DNA of 62,935 bases, the filler included, from Craspedostauros australis (taxonomy: Eukaryota): the NCBI GenBank assembly GCA_030167865.1. It is 11 parts of 11 records of this genome, joined end to end, with 100 filler letters (N's around TTAATTAATTAA, not from the genome) between each part and the next. Parts side by side here need not be neighbours in the genome. Positions count along the whole stretch, not along the records: positions 6,766 to 36,269 come from JALAGF010002532.1; 10 more parts are not named here. One strand, written 5' to 3'. Made by a program: the position numbers and the translations under genes. Under the pieces are notes generated by a model that was given only the letters and a program-made list of their open reading frames with translations, was not told the DNA's origin and did not search any database. Position 1 is the stretch's first letter. Every line of letters starts with the position of its first letter. Of the stretch, positions 13,501-24,733 are shown piece by piece.

Positions 13501-14019
13501 ATGGACAAGCAGCCACGCATGGTCGGAAAGCGCATCATCGGACGCTTCCTCCTCCTCCGCATCATCATCGCCACCGTCGTCCTTGTCGCCACCACCGTCG
13601 GAGCCGTCTTCTGGGTCCAGGGAGAGGGATACAACCTCGAGGAACAGCGCGCCCAGGCCCTCAACACTCTCTCCTTCGGTGCCATCTGCGTCACCCTCTC
13701 CGCTCGCTTCGCCTACAACTCCAGCTTCCACCCACGCATCTTGGGAGGAAACCCAATCTGCTGGTACTCCATCGGTGTCATGGCCAGTCTCCAGGTCGCC
13801 ATCACCTACATCCCAGGCCTCAACGAGGTCGTCTTCGGTATGGCCCCGATGGATGCCTTCCAGTGGGGTATTGTCATCCTCTTCATGGGAGTCACATTCG
13901 TCGTCATGGAGGCCGAGAAGACCATCCGCCGCTACCTGTCCTCTTTGGGCGAGGATACCGATGATACCCAGATGAACGAGACCTTCGACCGCGTCGTCGA
14001 GCCAACCCACCACATGTAA
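10521..14019 (+). CDS. P-type (P2-class) cation-transporting ATPase; 3 exons: 10521-10861, 11174-12777, 12944-14019
   Basis: Motifs [33 protein letters not shown] and [12 protein letters not shown]. Introns 10862-11173 and 12778-12943 (GTAAGT...CAG) splice in frame (FVIT-LNTAIG; TGDHK-DTALAI). Strong C-ending codon bias. Confidence 0.96.
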
Positions 14020-15426
14020 ATCAGCCTTTGGCAATTGGTCAAAGCACGCAAGCAAACAAACAAAGTAACAACCAGCACAATTTTGGATGGAATGGCCCAT
14101 CCCATCTCGGAGCATCACACGAATGACAAACTCGGCGCCTGGCGCTTGTCTCGTGAGCTCTGATGGAAGATGATGGGAATGTAGGTATGCCATTCACACC
14201 ACAACATGGAAAACAAAGAATAAAGAAAGAAAAACAAACAAACAAACAAACAAAAAAGAACGCCCCTCTGTTTTGAAGCAAGAGGAGAGCTGCCAGAATG
14301 ACAACCCAAAGTGTCCAACAGAAATGAAAATGAGAGCTCAAGAGAAGAATCAACCGCAAGGTATGCCCCTTGGACCGCCAAGGAGCACCAATGAAAATAC
14401 GAGCAAACAGTGAACCACAACAGTGAAAGATAACCAAAAAGTAGAAACACATGCATAGTGTTAACCAAAAAACGACTCTCTCCTTGCCTCAATCGTTGAT
14501 GATCGTGGCTGATGCTCTGCCAATATCCCCCGCTTAGACAACCAAGTACTTGCGAGTGTTCCTTGCCATTGCAAGTGCTCAATAGAATCTCAGTCTGACT
14601 AGTAGTAGTACTGGTACGATATGATAACTGTTGCCTTGTCTTGGCGTGGTAATAGGTACTAATGCACAGATCTGTTCTCTCCAGAACATTCGGAAACTTG
14701 GATGATACCGTGGCTTGGCGTCATGTTTCGAGATTTGGGACGAATACTGACATTATTGGTGGGACTGCCAAGCACGACTGGAGCAACACAACACAACGCA
14801 ACGAAACAGAACCCATGCCAAACACAACCAGAACAAGATGCGATCTCTTGGGACGACAGACATCAACCACAAAAGAGAAGCAGAAGCTGAAGCGAGACAC
14901 AACGCAGGTCAGGGAGGAGAGGTGTATGACCCCATTCAGGACAAAAAGGTAGTATCCTGCCGATTTTTTATCGGACAACATGACTTTTTTGGCAAACGAT
15001 GTAGCGTCTTGTCCAATAGGGTCATATTTAATTAGCTAGCTTCTACGACACAAATACCTGGCTGACTTGTCTTCAGCGTGGACGACAAAGCTGACGTCAA
15101 CGACGGTCGATGTCAGACCACGATTGTATTCAATGGTGTGGATGGTGATGTTGTGACAGTTTCGGTGTCGCGTTGATTCCTCACGTTGTCGATGATTTGG
15201 CTCGGTTGTGTGTTTCCTCCTTCGCGCGTGTTGCGCAAAGCAGCACAGCGTTGGTGGTGACACCCCTGCGCGTCAGCTGCAATAGCAACACTTGCGAATA
15301 CCGCACACCACAGAATTATATTATATAATGTCATGGAGCACAATGGCTTTTTCTTTGGTATGCAAAATAAATATATGAATGAATAATAATAACTCAGTGA
15401 TTACATCATAGACATGCCAAAAGGCT

Positions 15427-18400
15427 TTACCCTCGCCTCCACGTCCCCGTGGGGCAATGTTTTGAGCGAGCTGTCAAGTGTCCCTTCTCAAGCTTTCCCC
15501 AGCCACGACGCCATGCTCGCCTCTTGGCTTGTATCGTTCGCGATCGTCGCCGTGCTTTCATCACTGCTTGGATGGCTATCATAGAGTTCACCCACTGTTT
15601 CATTTGTTCCTCCGTACCGTACTTGATACTGCAGCCTTCTTGGAGTAGATGTAGCTCTGATTCGTTGATGTCCTGGCTCGCACCTTGTATCAGTCTCCGT
15701 ACCTGCCTACACAAGTCCCTCGCGGCCGGGTGTTGTTCTTCGTCGTGCACTTTGGCGTTCCTGGCCATCTACACCTCCCAGGGCACTTTCCGTATCCATC
15801 GCACCATTTCCCGAGCCCATGCTTTTGCGTCTGGATATTGGCACTCGTGCGTCATCATCCAGTGCTCCTACTGGCTTTCTCAGTCCTTGTGCAGAAGCCC
15901 TACCAGTAGTGGGGACCATCCAATGGCACTTTGTGCGTCATTCGAGCGTACATTCCTCCTCCTTTTCACCAAACCCACTCTCATGTTCCTTACCAATTGT
16001 GGGGACATTCCAATCTCCATCATGAAATCCACTAGGTTCGAGGTGGCGATCGTCCATGCCTCGTGATGTTCTGGGCATTGCAACACATGCTGGGTGGTGT
16101 CGTCATGCCTGCAGAACTTGCATTTGGCCAATGACATCTGTCCGGTCTGGAGCAACTTCTTGTTGACCCCAATGAATCCAGAAGCCCACTTCAAAATGAA
16201 CACGGTCAAGCTGCAGTTTTGCTTGGACTGGCGCATCGCCTTGTCCGTGCGCCAATCGACCTGGTCCAGCTGGTTGCTGTCCCACTGGAACTTCGAGGAC
16301 CAATACTTCATCGCCAAGGCAGACTGAAGGAGCTCATTCATCGCACCTGGGTCCACGCGTGAGTGGTTGTCTTTGCAAAGCTGGAGTCGCCACCTGCTGG
16401 TGTCAGTGGACCAGGTTCGCACGGAGGGTCTCTGACAGGTGTCTTCCCAGAATTGCTTGGCTTTCTCGTCGGCCTCCACGTTGAGCTGCTCCAGCACTGT
16501 CGGCTGTTTTCCGGTGGCGTCTTGGTGCTCCTTCACCTATTTCCACTTCAACAAAGTCGGAATCTGCCATTGGAGCCTCCTGATTTCCATGAGAACATCC
16601 CAGTCCTTCTGGCTTGGTAGCAAGTTGTCCTCCTGCGCTTGCAAGAGCGCCTGCTTGCCGTCCAGGGCAATGGTGATCACACTGTCCTTGTGAATGCCTG
16701 GAATCTCCAAAACGATTGCAAGGGGCGCCCATATCCCAGCTAACTCACTTCCATAGGCACTGTGAACTTCTGGGGCCCAGAACGAACATTTGGCAGTACA
16801 TGTGCTGCTGGGATTCGACGTCAAACGCAATCGATACTGATGTCCCTTGCCTGTCTTTGAATGACCCATCGCTCACCATCAAAAGTCTGCTGCGGTTTGC
16901 TGCCCTCATCGCCTCGTGGAGCACCATGTCCCCACTAGGTTTTCAATCGGATCATATGCGGAGGTGGGCTCGTCAGGAGGCTTTGTGAGTCCAATATGCC
17001 TGTCCCATTCAATTCTGCATTCAGTGGAAACCACAGAGACTCTCTTGGCGTTCGCTGGAGCTTCAGCCACTGTCGCGATTTGGGTGTACTGCTTCCTTTG
17101 GGTCCGACTTCGTCGATACAGTCGATACCATAGAATCGGAGAGGCAGCCAGGTCCCAGATGTCATCTTGATATGGCTCCTTCCACCATCGCCACAACCTG
17201 TCATTGCAGTGCCACTTGCCCAATGGTCGGTGTAGTGTTGTACCTCGGTACCACATTGATCTGCACCACTGTTGCCACTCCTTCCACCAACCACTTGGTA
17301 ATCTCTGCGGTTGCTTCGCCCATCATCTTGGTATGATGAACGCCCGTATTCCGTCGTGCGCCTCCGACAAGATCCTGGTACCTTCGACTGACACGATGTC
17401 TGACAATCACAACACCCCTAGTTTTTGATGCACATGTTCAAGTGGTAGAGCTGCGCCCCCTTCACCTGCCGCAGGATCCATATATCCATCAGAAAGGAGT
17501 CACCTTCACGCTGCATTTCGCTGGACATCGTTGTTTTGCACACCTCAATGCCAGTACACTGGAGTTGACCCCACAGACCAGCAATCCAAAATTTGGTTGT
17601 GCAATGTCTGAGCCAAGCATACAAGTATTAGAATAGGGAACTCCCTACCCCTAGCTCCTCCTTGAGTGCTTGCACCGAGCACTTGATCATCTTGCCGGTC
17701 TGGGCCCCCGATGAACCTCATCGAAAGCCAGCTGAATCTGAGCCATCAGCTGGGAATTGGCAGGGTTTGCGAGCAGCCCATCTTTGGCAGGGACGCTAGT
17801 AGCGCCGGCGCCATGATGTATCGCCACTGCGTCTGGGTGAGCTGGACTAGCGGCAAGGCGTACTCAATCATCTTCCTGAATCTCAGTGTAAACGCCGATC
17901 TTGCGTCCTCTGGGGAGATCTGCGCAGTACGCATCCTTCCTCTGACACCATTGGCTTTCTTCTGCAGCCGCTGTACTTTCTCCCCATTGTCTCTGTCGAA
18001 CTCAATGAGCACGCCCAGGGTGAACAACGGCTGATCCATTGTCTTGTTGGGGATCTCCGCTCTTGTACCTTGTCCTTCGTCGATGCGAATACTGGTGGTG
18101 GCCTCGGCATCGCGCCGTTCCCATTTATCGGTGTTGAGATCGGGTTGGATGGCCCACCATGCTGACTTCTCTGGTACCAGTGCTCCTCCTGTGACTTACA
18201 GCAGTTGGCTCTAATCCTGGACTGTCTGTTTCAAGGCTTCGGTATCGGCGCCGTCGTGCTCCCGTTGCTCGAGTCGGATCAGGTTGGTATCATCAACCAA
18301 TTCCGAGCCTAGCACTGGTATGAACTCTCCCAGCAGACTGGCCAAGGCCAACATGTGACCCAGCCTTGTCATGGCCTTAAACATGACAGAGATGATACCA

Positions 18401-20939
18401 GCCCAGATTGCAGGGCCTAACCCATTGTCTTGTCCAATGTCATGCATGTCACAGTCAGTGCCTTTTTTGTAGCACCTGCTGGACACTCCGTATGCAGTGC
18501 TGATGTGGTGTCTGGCATCGTGTAGGGTTTTGAACATGCTCCTTGTAGCCGATCCGTTCGCACTCGCAGCCATTATCGCCGCAGCCGCAAGGTTGGGTAT
18601 GATCCTGTTGTAACACGACTTCGCATCATTGGAACATAACACCACTGTTACCTTCTGTTGGAATCCGAGGACAATGGTGAGCTGCTTGCTCAGTGCAACA
18701 CTCATCGCCGATCTGCGCTTTCGGCTCCAGAACTGAAATCCCGACAGCCAGCTGGCCTTCTCCGCCGTCTGCATCATCTGCTTGCCGAGCCGCTTGTTGT
18801 TCAGGTTGAACTGCGCGTCCATGAGCTGTATCGTACACATTTTCAATGTTGAACACTTGCACCTTCTTGAGAATTTCCACATTGGTAACTCGTTGCCACA
18901 GTTTTGGGGGAATGCCTGGTCTGGTATGGTGCCTCCTTCAGCATTGTATCCATGTGAGCCAGTGCCTGAACCGTTGCAGCAGCCTTGTAATGACCAAAAT
19001 GGGAACAGCTCAGCTCTGAATTGGTGAGCTCCGTTTGCTTTTTCCAGGCCTTCGAATGCTCCATTACAGTGAGTTCCGACTTGTCCTGCACAATAGACTC
19101 AAGGGACTCCAACAGAACCCTGATCATGGGGTCAATTGTCTCTGGTATGGGTGCCTCCGTCTCAACGAGCTGTCGTCCAAGTTCTGGTATCCATATACGC
19201 TCCATGAGTTGCTTGCCCTGGCCGATCATACAGGGGGCGCTGTTGACCTGGGAGAACCTCTTCTTGTTTTCCTGGATACATGCCATGACTATCTTGTACT
19301 GCTCATTACATTCATGCAGCTGTCCTTTGTTGTCCATTAACAGAACGTTGGTGGTCATCAATTTGCCTTGCCCGAACGCCGCTCTGAAGCAGCCGGCTTG
19401 CTCTTGCTGCTTCTCCCTGTTCAGGAGCATTTGTAGAGCGGCTTCGTAATCCTGTTCGTTCGAGTCATGTCGTTGTCTCGCCATCCGCAACAGGTGATCT
19501 TGCCTCGCTTGCGTGTGCTCTATATTTTGCGTCTAGTAGGCTTTGTATGCTTCAGAGCACATTTGCTGCGCTTGTTGGAGGTTCATGCCTTCCTTGAGGC
19601 CTACCCACTTTCTGGCTCGCCGCTGAAGAGAGGAGTCCACTTTCACACCCAGGAGATGCTTCACCTCAAGTGACCAGAGTTGAATCATGTCCTGAGAGCG
19701 TTGTATCTCTGGTGACCATGCAACTTTCCCCATTTTCAACTTTCTGCACCCTTTCTCTGCAAACTGCCTGATCTGGTTCGTTTGTTCCAGGAGCTTGTCG
19801 AACTGGAGGCGCTGCTCTCATGTCATGGTCCATCCTTGGGCCTTTGCTGTTGCCAACAATTCCTCCACGCGTCTGTGTATGTTGTGTTTGCTGTATTCTT
19901 CGAAAAGAGCATTGTTGTAGTGTTGTACAACCCGCAAGACACTGAGCACCAGTCTATTGGGCATGCTGGATCGAACTGGCTTTATGCCAGTCCCCAGAAT
20001 CTGCGCTAAGCTGATGTCCATCCAGACGGCTTGGTGGTCCAATGGGATTGCGGCTCCAAATGCCAGATATCCGGCTTTCTCCACCTGTACTCCCTCTGTG
20101 ACGTAGATTGCGTTGATGGGCACGTTGCTCCTGTTCCGTTGTTTTGTGACTTGTCGGGATTCCTCTCCTATTCTGTCTTCCACCGCGTTCTTCATTCCGA
20201 TCTCGCCCAGTTGTTTGGATATGTTGCTGTCCAGCATGTCGATGTTAAGGTCCACTTGGATCACGATGGTGTTTCCTTCCATATTCCATCTGTGTAGTCC
20301 CTCCAGCAAGCCTATGGTCCATTCTTTGTGCGGATCGTCCTCTCTTCCTTCAGTGTCCAGGACCCTTGAGTGCTGTGCCCACACAGTACTGTGTCCTTTG
20401 GTAGATTGCCATGGCCTGTAGGCGAAAACCGCTCACAGTAGTGTGCCTCCTTTGCCCTCTGATAGAGTCCACCACCATCTCCCCATCATGCTCTCGTCAA
20501 ATCCACTTTGGAATGTGCGAGCCGCCAACTGCGCAGTCACCACAATTCCTGCCCCGCCGTAAATCCTCGGGTCCCGCTTTGCTTCGTGCGCGTTGTACAA
20601 GAAAATGTGCTTGGACCTGGAGATCCGATGTCTTCCTTGCTCCGACCATTGGTCCATGGGTCGCACATGGCCCCATCTTGTGTTGGTCTCAGCCATGAAT
20701 AGTATGGCAAGGCCGCTCATCCTGATGAAGTCGAAGATCTCTTTTTTCTGTTGGTATGAGTGTATGGGTATCTGGGATGTGTTCTGGAAGACGATGCGTA
20801 TCGTTGCTCCAGTCTTGTTGTTCGTCGCATCCTCGCAAGCATTGTTCAGCCTACTTGCTTCTGTGTGGACAGTCACGTCTGTCATTGTGCTGTCCCTAAT
20901 ACACTGTGGTATAGTCCAGTGTATCTGGCCTGTGGCCAA
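15427..20939 (-). pseudogene. LINE ORF2: AP-endonuclease, reverse transcriptase and RNase H; frameshifted
   Basis: APE: IRIVFQN, MAETN, YGGAG, GRW, VDLN, PINAIY, DHQAVW. RT: CSNDAKSCYNRI, GQDNGLGPAIW, LVDDT. RNase H: VSDGSF, SAYGSELAGI, DGKQAL, LNVEADEKAK. Zn motif CKFCRHDDTTQHVLQC. Split over many short ORFs. Confidence 0.9.
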
Positions 20940-21135
20940 TATTCGTTGTTGTCTTGCTCCACTTATTTTAGTGGTACTAGCTTCTTTCCTTGTTCTCTGT
21001 TGCTTTGTTTTGGTGAGAAAGTATTGGCGATCACCGTCGTGATCCTTGAGTTGTGTTGGTGTGTTTCTGTATTGTTGTGTTATTGGTTCTTATTGTCTTT
21101 GCATTTTGTTTGCTTCTGCTCCTTTTTAATGTTTT

Positions 21136-23770
21136 CTACTCCTGTCGCGTGGCTCCTTGGCCTTCGGATGTGATTGGATCTGTGTCCATGGGGTCTTCCA
21201 TCTCATGGTCTCCTTGACTGCCCTTGTCCTCGTCCTCGTCATCGCTGTCAGTCTCGCTTGATCTGTCACCACTGTCCTCATCTTCTCCCAACCTCTGGGC
21301 CTTCATCTGGTCACTCTTGTCAGTCTCATGCTCGTCTTCCTCTGGGATGCTGTTACTTGGGTTGTCTGGGTCGAAGTCTGTTTTGGCTGCCGGGTCTGCT
21401 GCGAATTGCTGTGGCCTGGCTGACTTGTGTTTCGCAGTGTTTCTGATTGTGGCCCCAAGATGGGCGGTCTGCTGGGCCACTGATGCTGTTGCGAAAGCTG
21501 CTACCATTCCGTTGTCTCCATTCTGTGTTCTTGGGTTGGATGTCATTTCAACCTCGAATTCCAGGAGCGGCACTGGTTTCATGTTGCCTTGTTCATCCAT
21601 GTTGCCTTCCCATCCAACATCCTCCACGGATAGCTCGATCATCTCTTCTTCATCGAGATCGAGAAAGTGAGCACCCCTCTTGCGCAAGTTGCCCCATCTC
21701 CAACTCCTCCTTGCTTCTGACCAATCTGATTTCCTAGTCCACTTCAGAGTATTTGTTTTGGGACCATGCCTCTGGAGTAAACTATCCTTGGCATTTGTGG
21801 TCCAGCTTTTTGCTGCAGAAAAATGGTAGTTTGGAAATCAGTTCCCGCGCTTCCACCTGTCGTTTGGGATGGAAGACGAAAAAGGTGCGATTGCAGGTGG
21901 ACTTGTCTGTATCCACTGACACAAACAAAGTGTAGTCTGGGTCTTCGAAAGACCAAAGATTCAAGATGACCTTGCACAGAGTGAGTCTTCATATCAGCAC
22001 TTCCACATCCAACTGTATGATAGAGTACATGCCCTCTGTCACCATTTTCTTTTCAAATGCGGCCTGATGTGCTACCATCGAACTCAAGTTCGCGAGTTCC
22101 AAGGGTGGGTGATAGAACCGTTGGTCAAGAGCGTCCAGCATGAACCTCATCTGTTTTCCGAGGATGAGTACCGTGTCCGCGCGGTTGTTGAACATGTCGT
22201 TCATTGCGACATGGCAGGATCTGGGCTTTGACTCGCTGCACATGATGTGGGTGGCCCTTGGCCAGTTGCGGTAGCTATCTAATTCGGATCGTTGTCCTCT
22301 CTTCTTCACCAGTTGAATCTTATGGATGTGAAGTTGAACTATGCATTGGTTCTTCACAACCTCATGCTCATGGATTACTTCTGCCAAATCTTCCGTATTC
22401 ATGGTGCTGTGGCTGCCAAACAACCAGCCTGCTGCCACAATGTTGTGTTCCTGAATGCCAGACTTCCTGAAAGCCATCGCAGCTGTTACTAGTGTTCCAT
22501 CATCCTCAAAAGTGTCGAGGTCCTGTTTGTGGGCAACCCAAATGAATGTGTAGGTCATGAATCCTGTTCTTGCATAGAGACTCTCTACAAATTGCTTCAG
22601 CATCTCACAGCTGGTCCACGCAACGTCCGTGGCCATCCAGGGTCATAGCTTTTTGCTTTTCTGTCATGCCAGGACTTTCGCCTTGGAGTCAGTGCGGAAA
22701 ATGTATGCGCGTAACGCATTCAATCCTGCGATGACTTGCACCAACAGAGTATCATTGCCCTCCCTTGACATTGGCAGACACACATCAAAGAAGCTCTTGT
22801 GAATGTTGCTGAGGACATCATTGATGCTCACCAGTTCTCAAGCTTGTGGGTTCTTCCTTGGGTACGCCGTTACTTTGTTTTTTGGCTTGTATGACTTCTT
22901 TTTGGATGTGGGGTTTGGAGAGTTGGCCTGTGGAACGTCTTCATCTTCGTATTGTCGAGATGGATGCCCTTGACCTCCATGAATACCATCCTTGCTTCAA
23001 TCCACATGGCTGTCACATGTGTGGATAGGATCTGTCCAAATTCCACATCAAAGAGGAGAAGATGTTGGATGTTGCCAACAGTTGCACCATGATTTGCACC
23101 ATCAGCAGGTTGGATTCTGCAGTTAGTTTGTTGTTGTATGCATCGCTGAACAGCTGCTTCCACTGTTTGCAGGATGCCCCGTCTGCCAGATCGTCCCTCA
23201 TCTCCTTTACGAAGGCAATGGGCTCGTCAAATGCGCCCTCTTCCCCAGATGCAGCTTGGAAAGGTTCCAAGCCCCATGTCATCAGATTCCTCTTGCGGAG
23301 GATGTCACCCCAACTTCTCTCATGCTGATGACTCCAAGTCCAATGGTTCTCGTTTTCAGTGGGTTGCTTTTTTGTCGTCTTGTTGCCTGGAGAGTCGCTT
23401 GCCACCTCGGCCTCCTTGTCCTGGACATCCTTGCGCCATGGTCGGCATCGATCGAGCGCTCTGGTTGACTTTGCCAGAGCTGTTTTGTGCGCCTGTGCAC
23501 ACCATTGTCAAAGATTTTGTTCTAGTACTGATTCTACAGGTTCTACATGAGAATTTTTGTGCTGGTCCTACGTACGTCATCAACTGTGGAAGAGCCATGG
23601 GACATTCTTTAGTATGCAAAATTTAGCATTATTTCACACTAAGCTTAGTGTGTTAATACAAAGTCCTGCGCAACCTGCTTTGCTTCCATTGGACAGGGGA
23701 TGCTGAGGTCATCTGCTGAGCTGTTGGCATGGTGCGGAAAGAGCCTGGTGGCAGTGGTGTTGTTTTCCAT
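21136..23770 (-). pseudogene. LINE ORF1 (gag-like position), disrupted
   Basis: Collinear ORF fragments upstream of ORF2 (AAGWLFGSHSTMN, LFVSVD) with an acidic low-complexity C-terminus. The start is tentative. Confidence 0.65.
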
Positions 23771-24630
23771 GTTGTTTTCGTGTTGTGATTCGTGTGCTTC
23801 CAGATTCATTGACACCAAAATAACAAGCCAAGAGGAGAGCAGATGAACAACAGCCAGCAGCCAGAGATGGCTGTTGGCGACGACGAGCAGAGAGGAGGTC
23901 CAAAGGAACAAACAGAGAATAGATCTGAAATGAGGACAAGGCCGCAATAAAGAGTAGGCATATGGAGGGAAGGCAGTGTGTGCTGATTGGGACATGGACA
24001 AAGATCGACGTCCTGGAACATAAACGGCAGCAGAACCGAGAACAAGACAGTGTGAAAGTCAAGCTGGGGGTCAAGATCTGGATTACCCACTAGCCCACAA
24101 CTCTGAATTTTGACAACTGATCCATGGCCCAGATGAATCAGCATCCTTGGCATGCCTACCGCTGCCACGCAATCCTCAACACTTCTTCGAAACCAGCCGC
24201 CTCACCAACGCTAAATGTGAGTGTGTCGATGATGGGCACGACTGGACATCAAATTGAAGCACGACTGGCGTTTCCAAACCCAATTGCACGTCTACGTCCG
24301 TATTCCCAACGTGTTTAGTCATAGACTAATGCGAAAAATATAAACTTTTTAACTACAAGGCTCAGGAGCTTATCACTTCACACATATACTCTCTACGGCA
24401 TTATAGGATGAACGAAGTCCTCAAACTAAAAATCGGCACGATAATACCTTTGTATCCTGAATGGGGTCGTATGGGTCGCAAGCTACATGCATCGTATTAT
24501 CAACCACAGCAAACAGCAGCAATACTCTGAACACCAAGGACGAGAACCCAGGCTTCAAAGCAGTGCTCGTACGAGTGTCGAGTGAGACAAACACACGCAC
24601 AATACCCAAAGCCCCAAAGGATACCATTCA

Positions 24631-24680
24631 CCAACCAACCAACCAACCAACCAACCAACCAACCAACCAACCAACCAACC

Positions 24681-24722
<42 letters not shown>
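24631..24722 (+). repeat. Compound microsatellite (CCAA)n(CTAA)n
   Basis: Directly visible; ends 11 nt before the transporter ATG. Confidence 0.95.
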
Positions 24723-24723
<1 letters not shown>

Positions 24724-24733
24724 AAGCTTAACC

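Larger units (their letters stand above)
15376..24335 (-). mobile_element. Degenerate non-LTR retrotransposon (Ambal-like LINE), probably full length
   Basis: ORF1 followed by ORF2 with APE, RT, RNase H and Zn-knuckle motifs on the minus strand. Short (TTA)n(TTCA)n 3' tail at 15376-15392. Candidate 7-bp TSD AAATATA at 15369-15375 and 24336-24342. Boundaries are inferred. Confidence 0.85.
14927..24469. mobile_element. Non-autonomous TIR DNA element (Tc1/mariner-like, TA target) interrupted by a LINE
   Basis: Imperfect ~42-bp TIRs: left TGACCCCATTCAGGACAAAAAGGTAGTATCCTGCCGATTTTT, right (reverse complement) CGACCCCATTCAGGATACAAAGGTATTATCGTGCCGATTTTT. TA flanks at 14925-14926 and 24470-24471. 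Confidence 0.75.

Noticed and set aside
11112..14193. Long minus-strand ORFs (558 and 423 aa)
   Set aside because: Antisense shadows of the codon-biased ATPase; the same applies to the shadows over the bZIP, GPCR and DUF6824 genes.
23605..23622. 17/18 match to 15351-15368 as the LINE target-site duplication
   Set aside because: LINE-like reading frame appears to continue beyond 23622, so the 7-bp TSD at 24336 is preferred; not fully excluded.
24680..24722. Telomeric repeat
   Set aside because: (CTAA)n is not the TTAGGG repeat and it is internal, next to a gene start.
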